A stretch of 64,000 nucleotides of DNA from Octopus vulgaris (GCA_951406725.2 OX597840.1:3038001-3102000); one strand, 5' to 3'. Positions 26,967-42,261 are shown, counted from the first letter of the stretch. Made by a program: numbers and translations. The notes: generated from the sequence alone by a model not told the origin.

Positions 26967-27578
26967 CCATTTAGCATATAATAAGTTAAGCAGCAGCTGA
27001 GTCCACTTCGGAAACGTGACTAAACACACCGAGTACTCCCGTTCTTTATCCTCTCCCTACATATCACCCTCTTACCATTCCACTCTATACTTCCTTCACC
27101 CCACCCGTCTCTCTCTCTTCATTTCTTCCGTTCCCTTTCTCATTCACTCACTCCCTCACTTCATCACTGTGTTCTCTCTCTTGTCCTCATTATTCGCTTT
27201 CTGCTCCGTTTCCTCCACAACATCGCAGAGGAGTTTTAAATCTACGCTAAATTTTCTACAGAAACCTAACCAACCTTGTTTGTAAAGCGTAGCCGGATAC
27301 GTTATTGGTGTAGTGAAGCATCAAACCAGGCCATAAACAGGCGTAATTAACGTAATGGCTCTTCTCAATGTCGCATCCTTGTCTCAAATATCGATTGCTT
27401 TTTTTTTTGTTTCGAATATTCTTTCCTGTTTTTTGGGGTTAGTTTTTTTTCATTTTTTTTTTTGAGAAAGAGTTTTTAAAGTTAAGATATCAAAATATTA
27501 CTTAAAATATAATCTGCTGTTTTTTCGCTCCCCGTCTACCTTTTATGCATATATAAATAATACACACACTCCCTCATT

Positions 27579-27629
<51 letters not shown>

Positions 27630-27907
27630 TACATATATACATATATATTTATATATACATATAAATAGATACAAATATATATACATATACATATACATGC
27701 ACACATATATATATAGAAATATATACGTATATATATGAATATAATTATATATATATACACACACATATATATATATATATATACATATGTGTGTATATAT
27801 ATATATATATGTACAAATAAATATATATAAATGTATGTACGTATATCTGTACATGCTTATGTATTTTCATATATTTTCATGTATATGTATATGTATATAT
27901 ATATATG

Positions 27908-27992
<85 letters not shown>

Positions 27993-28263
27993 GGAAATGG
28001 GCGTGGTGGAGGACGAGAATAACAGAGAAAGAGAGAGAGGGAGACAGAGCGTGAAAAGGACAAAGTGACAGAGGGGGAGAAATGAAAGAAAATCAGAGAG
28101 AGAAAAATCGTACAGGGCGATAGAGAGGCATATAATTACAGGCATAAATAAATAGCTTGATAAAGACAGATATAAAGATATACAGACAGTCAGGCAGAGC
28201 ATAATCTCTATCACAAATTGATTACTACATATAGTAACGATGTCTTCGAAAAAGAGCACACGC

Positions 28264-28352
<89 letters not shown>

Positions 28353-28419
28353 TACATATATATATATATGTATATATATATATGTGTATATATATATGTA
28401 TATATATATAAATACATAC

Positions 28420-28453
<34 letters not shown>

Positions 28454-28648
28454 GAATACATACATATATATATGTACACATATATATATATATACATACA
28501 TATATATATAAATACATATATATATATATATTATATTTATACATATATGCATGTATATATATATATGTATATAAATATATATATGTATACATATATGAAT
28601 ATATATATATATATATTTATATATGTATATATATTTGTGTATGTATCA

Positions 28649-28694
<46 letters not shown>

Positions 28695-29061
28695 ATACAT
28701 ATCGTCTAATTTGTTGCTGTTTTTGCTGTTGTAGTTGTTGTTGATGGCGTTTATATTATGGCTGCTGTTTTTCACCATTACTTATGCTAAAACGGAGAAT
28801 ACAATAATCACAGTCACAAGCCTAACAGAAAGTGGAACGATAATAGTGAACAAAAAGACAAAAAGACAAAAAACACAAAAAAAAAAGACAATATACGAAA
28901 ATTGCTGCGGCGTAAATGACACTTACCGTAAAGAGAAAGTGTTGGGGGAAGGTAAGAGAAAATAACAACTTTATATGAGGTGTATCATGAAAAATAACAG
29001 AACGTATTAGAAATGATATATAAATGTATATATACTCACACACAGACACGTATCTTTGGGC

Positions 29062-29137
<76 letters not shown>

Positions 29138-29177
29138 ATATTTATGTATGCATATATATATATATATTTATGTATGC

Positions 29178-29217
<40 letters not shown>

Positions 29218-29238
29218 GTATATACATACATATGTATT

Positions 29239-29319
<81 letters not shown>

Positions 29320-29334
29320 TGTAGTTTCAGCTCA

Positions 29335-29625
29335 GAGATGCGGCCATGCTGACGCACCGCTGCCGTTTTGCTACACGGTTATTACTGAGAACCTCCTCCA
29401 ATATGTGGTACTTGTTGAAGAATGGAGTGTAATATAGCTACCCTCATTTGCAACACTTGCCTTGATGTAGGTTCATCTGGGACTCTCGACAGGAAGAGAT
29501 CCAGCTTTGATTTACTTTGTGCCGGTTCCTCGGGCTCTTTGGGAGAATATTATAAAGCTGTGGGCCCTTGAAACCCAGCCTGTTGCAGTAACTGTTCCTG
29601 AAGCGCAATGGTGTTATTGGGATCT
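29335..29625 (-). mobile_element. CR1/L2-like LINE 3' terminal fragment
   Basis: Homologous to 57311-57545 and 30540-30730. Ends in the gcggtgc...gcatggccgc...gagctgaaac tail. Confidence 0.75.
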
Positions 29626-29654
29626 TTATATATATATATATGTATATATATATA

Positions 29655-30083
29655 CAAATAATAAGAGAGAGTCCACCATGTGGTCACTCTAAAGCTAGAT
29701 ATAGATCCGCAAAGGGAATCCGCCACTAAAGCATTGTTCTGAAGAATTAATTCAACACGCCAAGAATGTAAGCGAGCAGGACAAATGAAAAATAACGAAA
29801 AAATATATTAACTCTATACAATTGTTTCATCGTTAATAGATTATGTAGTTTTACTTACATAAGTATTTTCGAATCGTCAGTAGAGTATATCAGAAATATA
29901 ATTTGCTGAACCAAACGGCAAAATCCACACGAAGCCGTACAAAGACGAACGATACAGCCGATTATATTCGCAGTTACGTTCAAATGCTCTCATTCTGGCG
30001 TGTTAAATCCCCGGATGTAAATACTACCCCAGTAATTTACTGCCGATTTGAGAACATATTAATTTATAATTAAAATCACCCTT
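29655..30083 (-). mobile_element. ~430-bp non-coding hammerhead-bearing element in a (TA)n tract
   Basis: TA tracts on both sides. Contains an intact hammerhead motif at 29811-29886. Confidence 0.65.
29811..29886 (-). ncRNA. Type I hammerhead ribozyme, canonical core, long stem II
   Basis: Minus strand reads actcta-CTGACGA-t-tcg..aata..ttatgta/tacataa..tatt..cga-t-GAAA-caattg-TA-tagagt. Stem I is 6 bp; stem III is the palindrome ACAATTGT. Confidence 0.88.
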
Positions 30084-30129
30084 ATATATATATATATATA
30101 TACACATGCATATATTTATATATACATAA

Positions 30130-30770
30130 GGAGATGGCAACACTGGGCATGGGAGTAACTGGATGAATCTTATGATTATTCAGGACCAGAAATAAGGATA
30201 CCTTGCTACTCCTATGGAGAATATTTTTCATCAGTCGTCCGAATTTCTACTTCCTGCAGTGGCCGTTGCAGAGCTTCAAAATGGTGGCGGAACGTGAGGC
30301 AATCCAGCGCCATTACACGAAAAAGATACACTCACGGAAAGAGATGATGACATACTTGGAGAGGGAACTGCAGCTCTGCTCCCTAGAGAGAAGACAAGAG
30401 AGGTTGCAGGGATATACATATGGAATTTACTGGAAGATCTAGATCCCAACTTTGGTATTAAAACCTACAGCAACGACCGAATTATATAGCGCTACATAAT
30501 ACCAAAGACACCGTTTCTTCATCTCAAATAAGGACCCAGTATTGCAGTAGCTTGGGTTTCAAGGGACCACAAATATCTAACATCCTGCCAAGGAACCCCA
30601 GGCATCTGCAAGGTGATGCTGAAACGTTCAAAATGCACAGGGACAATTTTCTATCTGAAAACCCAGATGAGACCACACTATGGCAAGAGGTACAAGGAAT
30701 GGCAGCTTCGTGCAGTTCACTTCTTCACCCAAAAACAGTACCGAAAGGAGACGCCAACAAACTGAAAGGC
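30130..30770 (+). pseudogene. CR1/L2-like LINE ORF2 C-terminal remnant
   Basis: Translates EAIQRHYTKKI...YLERELQLCSLERRQER, resembling the (Y)SLERRRER motif of CR1/L2-group elements. Contains stops and frameshifts. Confidence 0.8.
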
Positions 30771-30954
30771 AATGCATATATGCATAAATATATGCATATA
30801 TTCATATGTATATATGCGTATATTTCTGCATGCATGCATACACACGGGTATAATAAGTATGTATTCATGAATGCACGTTACGGAGTCGAAACGCATGCGC
30901 GAGGGTGGGTTTCCTTTGAAGACCTTCTGCTGTACAACCCTCTTCAAAGTTCCT

Positions 30955-30991
<37 letters not shown>

Positions 30992-31108
30992 AGATATATA
31001 TATATATATATATATAATATTAATTAGAGACAAAACCACTATTATGCAAATCAAACAAAGAAAGACTTAATCCAATACATAAAAATTTTTATATAAATTA
31101 AATAAAAT

Positions 31109-31182
<74 letters not shown>

Positions 31183-31183
<1 letters not shown>

Positions 31184-31512
31184 TAGGTTGTCCCGCATGA
31201 AATGTCGCATTTGAAAAAGGAATAATTAAAATTGTTTTTCAAGTTTTATTTATTTATCTTAAGTTTTTAATTTATTTTAAGTTTTATTTATTTAATCAAA
31301 ATATGATCCTTTTTTCAGTTAAGACCTTCATCCAACGTTCTTCAAAGGCATATATTCTATCTTCAAAGAATTTGTCATCTTTTACACTGATAAACTATTC
31401 GAATGCTTCAATTACCTCTTCTTTATATATGAATGATTTATTGCGTACAGCAAGCTCAAAGGTTTTAAATATGAGATAATCAATAGGAGATATATCAGGA
31501 GATTAAGGAGGA
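31183..31512 (-). mobile_element. Mariner right end with decayed transposase C-terminus
   Basis: TA|TTAGGTTG terminal repeat start. Minus strand translates PP*SPDISPIDYLIF (YSPDLAPxD motif). Confidence 0.8.
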
Positions 31513-31534
31513 TGTACCAAAATTTCGTAATTCA

Positions 31535-31700
31535 GCGACGTCGTCCGCATATGCAGACAGGGCTCTCTTGTAACATAGTTCCAGCGGCATACCCTTCAAA
31601 TTTTTGCAACCTTTGCAGCAAATGTTGTAATGTTAAAACATATAAAAGCTGGGAGAGAGAGCACCCTTGCCGAACCGTACGTTCGATGCTGAAAAGTTTC
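31535..31700 (-). pseudogene. Reverse transcriptase core fragment (L1/Tx1-like)
   Basis: FSIERTVRQGCSLSQLLYVLTLQHLL (VRQGCPLSP motif), then after a frameshift LSAYADDV (catalytic YADD). Confidence 0.9.
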
Positions 31701-32391
31701 CGAGGAAGAACAGATATTATTCTATTAACACAAGCAACAAGGAAAGCAATATCTAAGGTCACCACGTCATCACCATCATTATCAACAAAAATAAGAACAA
31801 CACCATCGTATATTTTAATAGCAAAAAAAATGACGAAATCAAATAAAGAAACGAATTCAAAAACTATAACATCAACAACAAAAACAGCAACGAAAACAAC
31901 CCAATAATAACAGTATAAAAATAGTAATACAGAGAGTAACAACCACAATAATAACATCAAGACTATCAACGACAACGATAACATCAAAAGAGGCAGACGA
32001 CACTAGCAAGAACGCTGATACAGTACAAAAGAACATGGCTGACTACTTAATACTGTAAAAAAATGATGACAGCCATGTTTTATGAGGTGTCCTGTAGAAA
32101 TTGTTGTAAATGGCGGCGACGTAGAGGTGTTGTTGATAGTAGTGTTGGTGGTGGTGGTGTTGGTGGAAGGTGATTTTGGTGGCGGCGGCGCCTCTAGTCA
32201 CGCTGGTGTTCGCCTTGTTGGTACAGTTGGTGTTAAATTGACTTGCAGAGAGTAAGAGAGTAAAGGGAAGTGTCTGGGAGAAGAGAGCGTTTAGAAACCG
32301 GTTTCAGCTGAGTATAATATCCGCCGGAGAGGAACCATTTTAGACGGAAATTCTATTGCTAAGCATATCTGTCATAAGTACGTATGTACTG

Positions 32392-32428
<37 letters not shown>

Positions 32429-32440
32429 GAACACACACAT

Positions 32441-32483
<43 letters not shown>

Positions 32484-32638
32484 CACACACAGACATGTAT
32501 ATATATATATATATATATACATATATATGTATATAAACATACACACACACTCATAAAACACACTCACCAACATATATGTGTGTGTATGTATGTTGTTTAA
32601 AGAGGTGTATGTGTATATATATATGCATATATATATAT

Positions 32639-32682
<44 letters not shown>

Positions 32683-32775
32683 TTAGTTAGTTAGTGATAG
32701 ATAGATAGATAGATAGAAAGATAGATAGATAGATAGATAGTTAGTGATAGATAGATAGATAGATAGCTGTAACCA

Positions 32776-32838
<63 letters not shown>

Positions 32839-33327
32839 AAATAAAAGAACGGAGAACTCAACCTATGTCACAGAATATATATTGCGTGTTTGTTGGAGAT
32901 TCAAACCATTGTCACTCTGAGACTTGCACCACAGCGTTAGGGTGTACGAGCGATTTGTGAATGATGGATAGATGGATAGATGCAATATATAAACAAACCT
33001 ATATCTATATATGCATATATATAGATATGTATGTGTTTGTGTGTGCACATATATACGTACATGGAAACAGGTACATATATATATATTTATAAATATATTC
33101 GTATATAGCGTATATGAAGGTACAAACATATACAGATATTGGGACATACATATATATATATGTGTGTGTGTATATGTGTGTGTTTGTGTGTGTGTGTGTG
33201 TACATGCATGCATTAATACACATGTACATATCAGAGCTGCAAAGCATATTTGTACATCAATATACGCCGTCATATATATACAGATAGGTACGAGCATAAA
33301 TGTATATATATATGTACACTGACAAAC

Positions 33328-33371
<44 letters not shown>

Positions 33372-33408
33372 TTATAAAAGCATACACATACACATAGACA
33401 CACACACA

Positions 33409-33447
<39 letters not shown>

Positions 33448-34035
33448 GTTTATATGCATATATACACATATGTACACTAATAGATACATAAAAACTTACT
33501 TGTATTTTAATACTCTAATTACCTGTCATTTACTGATGTTTTTTGTTGTTCCAACGTCTTTCTATTCACTTCATTATTTATTTATTTGTTTATTTATTTA
33601 TTTAAATATTGCTTTCTTTATTTACTTATACATTTGCTCTGTTACTTATTCATGATGTTTGTATTGGTTTATTCATATTCTAAGTGTATTTCTCTTTGTT
33701 TTCGCGTATATTTATCGTGTTCTTATGTTCCTATTATTTACGTCTTATTCTCGTTTGTTTTGTCTCGAGTCCGTTTTTCCTATTTTTTAATGCGTGTTTA
33801 TATACTTATGGTTCTTGACGGTATCGTAAGTGACGCTGTTGATGTGGCTGTTGGTGGCGTTTGTTCTACTTGTTGCAAAATAATGTATAGGTTCGTTTGA
33901 GAGTGTCTGAGTGAATGAAATGTGCCTCAAGATATGTGTCTGTATCGGGATGTAGTTGTGTGTGAGTGGGGCAATCTATCCCACAGTAGCTACGTGCACC
34001 GTGCGGATATGTGTGTGTGTTCATATATATATATA

Positions 34036-34073
<38 letters not shown>

Positions 34074-34089
34074 TGTGTGTGTCGGTCTT

Positions 34090-34277
34090 CACCATGATAG
34101 ATCGCTAGCCACTACACATTATTTTCTCTCCTTGTTTCTATCTGTGTTCCTTTCTGTGGAAGAGCGTTGGCTCGAAACGTTAAAGATTTTTTCACTTCCC
34201 GAGCGTTATACTAATACATCTGTTTGTTGTCTACTCCACATGTCTTCGTCTTTTGTTTTTTTTTGTGAATTCTCCCG

Positions 34278-34280
<3 letters not shown>
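34090..34280 (+). mobile_element. ~200-bp hammerhead-bearing mini-element (copy 3)
   Basis: Motif at 34150-34185: cttt-CTGTGGA-a-gagc(gttg)gctc-GAAA-cg-TT-aaag. Confidence 0.65.
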
Positions 34281-34342
<62 letters not shown>

Positions 34343-34409
34343 CTTTCGTAATGAGATAAAAAAAATTAAACTGAGGGTTTGTTTATTTTAGAACATTTAT
34401 AGATAGAAG

Positions 34410-34457
34410 GTCTTACAGCTGTTTCCGGGATATTTATTATATCCCTTCATCGGAGAC
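34410..34457 (-). ncRNA. Type I hammerhead motif (CCGAUGA variant)
   Basis: Minus strand reads gtct-CCGATGA-a-gggatat(aataa)atatccc-g-GAAA-cagctg-TA-agac. Stem II is 7 bp; stem III is the palindrome ACAGCTGT. Confidence 0.8.
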
Positions 34458-34589
34458 GGTGTGAGATGATGGTTAAGTAATAGTTAATTTAGATAAAATA
34501 TCGAGTGATAAAGGGTCGAAACAAACGCGAGCAACGCCGGGCGATACTGCTAGTATATTGATAAAGGCGGTGAGCAAGCAGAGTTATGC

Positions 34590-34655
<66 letters not shown>

Positions 34656-34999
34656 TTGTGTCTGGGGTAGTCATTCTGTTTTAATGCTTTATTAATTATA
34701 TTAATTAACACACTCACCATATCAATTTTCACTTATTATTTTTCCCTAAAATTTTCGTCGTTTCTCGCAACCTCTTTAATAGCTGTTGACTCTGTCCGTT
34801 ATCGGACCTGCGTTCATTTTGTTTGTTCGTCATGGTGTTTCTTATGCTAGCTCCTATTGCATGTGCAATCATTCTCTTCACCTGATTGTTGTTCGCAGGG
34901 TCTTGGTTGGGTATCGTTCATACACTCCAGGCCTCTGCAGTGCTATTCTTCATTACCGAAGTGATGGTCGGTACTCTTTCGCTTTCTGACCCGGTGTGG

Positions 35000-35890
35000 C
35001 GGAATCTACTAAGGTCATGTTTGTCTAAATACTTAAATATTGCTCACAAGAACTCAGCTTTGTCACACAACCTGAAAATCAAATCAACATACTGGTATCA
35101 GACTTAGGATAACGAATAACATGTCCCTCCTATCTGAACCCTATAGAACAAAGAAACATGTACAGGACTTCATGCATCGCATGCAATTCTCTGGTCAAAA
35201 ATACAGGAATCGAGTATACAGGAGAGCTAGAAAGAAGTTAGATAGCATTATACGTAATTAAACCAGCGGTGTGTGTCCGAGAGCTAAAGACTGAAATAAG
35301 ATACAAAGAGTTTGTTATAAAGCAAATAGGGTGAGCACATTTATAAGGCCGACAAATATCAAGAAGTGATGTTTGTAGAGGTCACAGCCCATGAAAAGCT
35401 ACCCGAGGATTTAGGAAATCTCTGAAGGAGAACAAACTCAAAATTAAGATCGTTCAAAAGCCAGGAAGCTCCATCAAATCACAACTATATAGGACGCACT
35501 GCTTTGAAAATACCATATGCACCAATAATAACTGCATCGTGTGTAAGATTAACCCTAGCATTAACTGAAGAACTAAAAATGTAGTCTACAGCAGAAGGTG
35601 CATAGAGGGTGCTTTTAAAGGCAAGAATATGACACACATTGGGAAGACATATAGAAGCATTGCGGAGAGATTAAAGGACAAATTGAGACAATATGACGAC
35701 AAAAGAAACAGTCCTTTATACTCTACCAACATGCCAAAGACAAACATGGAGCTTCATCAAGTCGACTTAACATCTGCTTTTTATGCAAGCACCCGAAGGA
35801 CCCAGCACTTAGACAAATGCAGGAGTACGTCCTTAGAAAAAAAAAACAACAAACCATCCGCAATACTAAATAGGAGATACACATAGAAGG
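35000..35890 (+). pseudogene. Penelope-like element remnant (GIY-YIG endonuclease region)
   Basis: CTNNNCIVCK linker, then TKNVVYSRRC...THIGKTYRSIAERLK (VVY...YIGxT.R motif). Multiple stops. Confidence 0.8.
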
Positions 35891-35952
35891 TAGTGATACT
35901 CCGATACCCAGTTTATATATACACAAGTAGATTTGTTAGTAGGGTGTTATGC

Positions 35953-36017
<65 letters not shown>

Positions 36018-36639
36018 TGTATGTATGTATGTATGTATGTATGTATGTATGTATGTAGGTATGTATGTATGTAGGTATGTAGGAAGAGAGGTAGGTAAAT
36101 GGATATGTAGGCTAACAGATAGATAACTTGATATATAGGTACACTGGTAATACGCACAGACAAGCAAACACGCACATACATACAGGATGCCACGCAGTGG
36201 GACCCGAACCTGGAAGCATGTGGTTCAGAAGCAAGCTTCTTACCGCACAGCCAAGCCTGCGCCTACACACACACACACTTACGCACAGGAACTGGAGCTG
36301 GGTGTTTGTTGACCATTGTATACTTTCCATCATTTCATTTTTATTTTCCTACCGGCTTCAGAAATTCGATTCTGGCCACGCTGATGCAAGTCTTTCAAGA
36401 CTACAGTCGATGTTATTGATCTCCGTTCTTATGTCAGCCTGGTATATAATTTATCGATTGATATTTAAGAAGCAACCTAAGCAACAATATACGATTTTGA
36501 CATCAGCCTCTCCTCTACTCGCCTCCTCCTCTATTCCAAGCAATTTCTCTCCATATCCATCCTCCATTCTCTCCATCTCTCTATCGCTCCCACTCTCTTT
36601 CTCACTCTCCCTCTGTACGCACACAGGTATATATAAATG

Positions 36640-36711
<72 letters not shown>

Positions 36712-37019
36712 TATACGTCCATATGTGTATATATTTTGAGGTGTGTTACGTAGTAACGGAACATATTTTAGTTGTTATTTCAAAGATATTTCTTCACCAT
36801 TTGTTCGCTCAAGTCATTCTTGCACTCGTTTAAGAGATGTGTGTGAAAATTATGTTACTATAATTACACACACTTACACACACACACTGACAACACATTT
36901 ACACTTACACACATACTCGCAAACTCACACTCACACAGACACTTACACAAACATACACACACTCACACATATCTGTATGTTTATGTATATGTGTATATAT
37001 ATATAAAATAAATAAATGC

Positions 37020-37260
37020 GGCCTTTTAAAGTTAGGCTCATGGGCGCGGTCTATCGCTTTCAATGGATTATGTGTTCCCCAGCTGGACAGGACACCAGTC
37101 CATCGCAGCGTTACTCATTTTTGCCAGATGATTGGACTAGAGCAACCTGAAATGAAGTGTTTTGCTCAAGAAGACAACGCGTCTCCCGGTCCAGGAATCG
37201 AAACCACAATCTTACGAACATGATGCTGACGCCCTAACCACTAAGCCACGCCCTCCACAC
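37020..37260 (-). mobile_element. SINE family C
   Basis: Reverse complement of 46484-46735. Confidence 0.8.
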
Positions 37261-38240
37261 GTGTATATATATATATACATATATACAGAAAATATATATA
37301 TGTGTGTGTCTTTGTGAGTGTGTCTGTGTGAAAGAGTTTGGCCTTGTGGATAGGCGTGATGAACTCGAGATCATATATTATGGTTTCGATTCCCATTTTG
37401 GCTGCTCGTTGTGTTCTTGAGCAAAATACTCCATTTCACTTTGCACCAGGCCACGCAGTTGTACATCGCTCACCGTTCAACGCACAAGCCCTCCGATCAG
37501 GGCTAGTGCTACCTTGCATATCTAGACAGCTGGGTGGTCGCATTGAAAAGCTAAAACGACAGAAAGTGCATATTGGTCAACGATGTACAACAGCATCAGA
37601 GATCATCACGAGACACCAACCACTCATACACACAAATATATGTGAATATTTATATTTATGTGTGTGCGTGTGTCCTTGTGACTTTGTACACAAATGTGTG
37701 TCTGTGTGATCAGAAAACTTTAGCTTTGCAAGCATATGGCTGTTGTAGGGACATAAATAAACTAACTCCGGTTGACAAGCTGTGGTACAAATTGGGAAAA
37801 AGAACGTAAAACATCCGGACAGTTAGGTGATACAAAAAGGGACAATAAAACATCCAGATAGACGATATAAACAAACAAGGATGGGTCATTCGAAGCTTTT
37901 TATCCTCAGTCAAGAACTAGATCATCCTTGCTATTTCGGCTGATTAATCTTGACATTGTTCGAATCTGGCCAGCCCCAAGTAAAAACGAAGCTAAGAGCA
38001 TTAGATTCTTTGGAAAAAAGCATCGAATGTATACGAAAACAAGGACGGGAAAACAGACAATATATATATATATATATAATATAGTCACTGTGACCCGTGT
38101 GTGGGTGAGTTGCAGTAAGTCTCCGTAAAGTTAAAAAGTCCAGTGGAGAGAAGTAGAGAGTCCGTAGAGGTAAGAGTTGGTAGTGGTAGAGAAGATAGGA
38201 TCGAAAGTGTTTATTTTCGTAAACTTTCCCTTGATATATA

Positions 38241-38273
<33 letters not shown>

Positions 38274-38275
<2 letters not shown>

Positions 38276-38641
38276 TCTTTTACTCTCTTTTACTTGTTTC
38301 AGTCATTTGACTGCGGCCATGCTGGAGCACCACCTTTAGTACTTATTCTATCGGTCTCTTTTTGCCGAACCGCTAAGTGACGGGGACGTAAACACACCAG
38401 CATCGGTTGTCAAGCAATGCTAGGGAGACAAACACAGACACACAAACACACACATATATACATATATATACATATATACGACAGGCTTCTTTCAGTTTCC
38501 GTCTACCAAATCCACTCACAAGGCATTGGTCGGCCCGGGGCTATAGCAGAAGACACTTGCCCAAGGTGCCACGCAGTGGGACTGAACCCGCAACCGTGTG
38601 GTTGGTTAGCAAGCTACTTACCACACAGCCACTCCTGCGCT
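38274..38641 (-). mobile_element. SINE family A
   Basis: Matches 4226-4638 with an internal deletion near the tail. Confidence 0.9.
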
Positions 38642-39319
38642 TATATATATATATATATATAAGCCGGGCTTCTTTTATTTTCCGCCTGCCAAATTCACTC
38701 ACAATGCTTTGATTGGCCCGAGGCTATAAAAGACAATTGCTTAAGGTGCCACACAGTGGAACTGAACCCACAACTATGTGGCTACGAAGCACGTCGCACC
38801 TATATTTATCCTTCATATATTATCTTCTTGGAAACATTGCAATTAGCTCCCTTGTCAAATTACCTCCCTTCTTAATTAATATCTCGCGGAATCTCTCTGT
38901 TTATTTAATTCTAGGCATTTCATATTGTCATATATTATTTGATTTAATAATCCAACTGGGGATTAGAGGCTTCGTTATTTATCCATATCTCATTGCATAA
39001 TATTTTTGTTGTATCACAAGAGAGATATTTTCTACTGATAGTATCATTAATTTTCAATACATTTCTCATGTTTTTTCTTTCTATCCGGTAATTGATTCTT
39101 TCCTGAAATGTTTCCAATGTCCCTTTGTGGAAGTGTACCGCGTATAAATTTTAACTAAATGAATCCAAATGGATTTATGATTTTTTATTTGCCAGCATAT
39201 TTTATTCTGTTGGTTCTCAGAGAATATAAATATCCTGCTGAAAGTAATCGCCTTCCTCGTTCGAATCTTGAAAAGCCGTATATAAGACTCACATTAAGGT
39301 GCAGGTTTGACTGTGTGAT

Positions 39320-39740
39320 AAGGGCGGCGAGCTGGCAGAAACGTTAGCACGCCGGGCGAAATGCGTAGCCGTATTTCGTCTGCCGTTACGCTCTGAGTTC
39401 AAATTCCACCGAGGTCGACTTTGCCTTTCATCCTTTCGGGGTCGATAAATTAAGTACCAGTTATGCACTGGGGTCTATGTAATCGACTTTATCCGTTTGT
39501 CTGTCCTTGTTTGTCATCTCTGTGTTTAGCCCCTTGTGGGTAGTAAAGAAATTGGTATTTCGTCTGCCGCTACATTCTGAGCTCAAATTCCGACGAGGTC
39601 GACTTTGCCTTTCATTCTTTCGGGGTCGATTAGATAAGTACCAGTTACGCCCTGGGGTCGACATAATCGACTTAATCCGTTCGTCTGTCCTTGTTTGTCC
39701 CCTTTGTGTGTAGCCCCATGTGGGCAATAAAGAAATAAGA
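39320..39740 (+). mobile_element. SINE B dimer (head plus two bodies)
   Basis: Junction aaagaaattggtatttcgtc at ~39546-39565. Confidence 0.85.
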
Positions 39741-40499
39741 AGCTTGCTTCCTAACTACATGGTTCCGGGTTCAGTCCCACTGCATAGCACCTTGGGCAAG
39801 TGTCTTCTACTATAGTCTCAAACCTACCAAAGCGTTCTGAGTGAATTCGGAAGAGGAGAATATATCTGTGTGTATTTCTGTGTGTATTCAACGGGCTTCT
39901 TTCAGTTTCCGTCAAACAAATCCGCTCACACGACTTTGGTCGACCCGAGACTTGTTTTAACTTTTAATCTTTGTTCGTTGTATGTCTTCAGCTTCGAATA
40001 TGGATTATTTTCTTTCCTTCATAGACTGTGATATGAGAAAGATATAGCTGTTATATGTTACAGCTGAACGCTTGCACTGAGATTTGCTGTAAATGGCTTT
40101 CATATGCATAGGAGTATGCTTATACAAAATTGTTTTAAGTCTGACCTAATGTAAAAATAATGAACCTGATATCAAATTGAGAAAGGAGGAAAGAGAAAAA
40201 AGAACGCTGAGCTGTCGTGTGATTCGCTTTGTTATCAATTTTCTGTTACCGGTGTATGGTCTATATTATTACTGTTTTTATTTTGTTTTTTGCTTTTTTT
40301 GTTTTAAGTAAAGAATAATATAAAACAAGAGCGTTCAACTAACAAAACAGCAATAACACGCACAACAAAAACAAGGCTGAAAAACAAAAAAATCACAACA
40401 GCAACATAGAATAACCAATACATTAGTTTAGTGCAAAAGCACACAGTAAACGAGAGAGAGAAACCAAAACAAACACGTAAATAAATGCCACTTTATTAA

Positions 40500-40609
40500 T
40501 AACGACAACAACAACAGCAACAACAACAACAGTAATAAAAATAATAATAATAATAATGATGATAATGGTGATAATGATAATAATAATAATAATGATGATG
40601 ATGATAGTG

Positions 40610-40684
<75 letters not shown>

Positions 40685-40834
40685 GTGATAATAAAAATGA
40701 TAATAATAATAATATTGATAATAATAGTGATAATAATAATAATAATAATGATAATAATAATAATAATAATAATCATAATAATGATAATGATAATAATAAT
40801 AGTGATAATAATAATAATAATAATAATAATAGTG

Positions 40835-40897
<63 letters not shown>

Positions 40898-41061
40898 GTG
40901 ATGATAATAATAATAATGATAATAATAATAATAATAATAATGATAATAATAATAGTGATAATATTAATAGTAATAATAATAATAATAATAATAATATTGA
41001 TGATGATGATGACGACGACGACGACGATGGCGATGACATTGATGATGATGATAATAATGAA

Positions 41062-41138
<77 letters not shown>

Positions 41139-41140
41139 TG

Positions 41141-41194
<54 letters not shown>

Positions 41195-41195
41195 T

Positions 41196-41240
<45 letters not shown>

Positions 41241-41573
41241 TAATTCAACTAATGCTGACTCAACTTTGTCGCGATTATCATTATTATCTTTACCATCATC
41301 ACTCGCAGAAAGTCATTCTGGTCACTGCTCTCACCATAATCATCTTCAGCATCATCAACATCGTCATCTTCATCTGCAGCAGCGGCACCCTCATCGTTAT
41401 CATCATCATCGTCACCATCATCATCATCATCATCATCATCATTATGAGGAGCAGCAGCAACAGCAACAGCAGCAGCAGCAGTAGCAGCATGGCCACGGCA
41501 ATTATCCTAATCGTCCTCGGCTTCACCATGAACCATTGCCACCACCAGCACCACCGTCTCCATTTTCATCATT

Positions 41574-41657
<84 letters not shown>

Positions 41658-41721
41658 TCCATCATCATCGTCGCCATCATCATCACCATCATTACTGTCA
41701 TCATCATTATTGTTGCAGTAG

Positions 41722-41770
<49 letters not shown>

Positions 41771-41923
41771 TACCACTGTCATCATCAGCCACATGAAAGT
41801 AGAGACGTCAGAAGCCACAAAAGCAGCAGAAGCAAGAGAGGCAGAAACAGTGGTAATATTAGCTGCAGCAGCACCTGTAGTCTCAGCAGCAGCACCAGAA
41901 GTGGTAATAGTTGTAATAGTAGC

Positions 41924-41988
<65 letters not shown>

Positions 41989-42034
41989 CAGCAGCAGTAG
42001 TGATGGTAGTAGTAGCAGTAGCAACAGCAGCAGC

Positions 42035-42081
<47 letters not shown>

Positions 42082-42094
42082 CAGAAGCAGCAGC

Positions 42095-42136
<42 letters not shown>

Positions 42137-42208
42137 TGTAGTAGTAGTAGTAGTAGTAGTAGCAGCAGCAGTAGTGATGGTAGTAGTAGCAGTAGCAACA
42201 GCAGCAGC

Positions 42209-42261
<53 letters not shown>

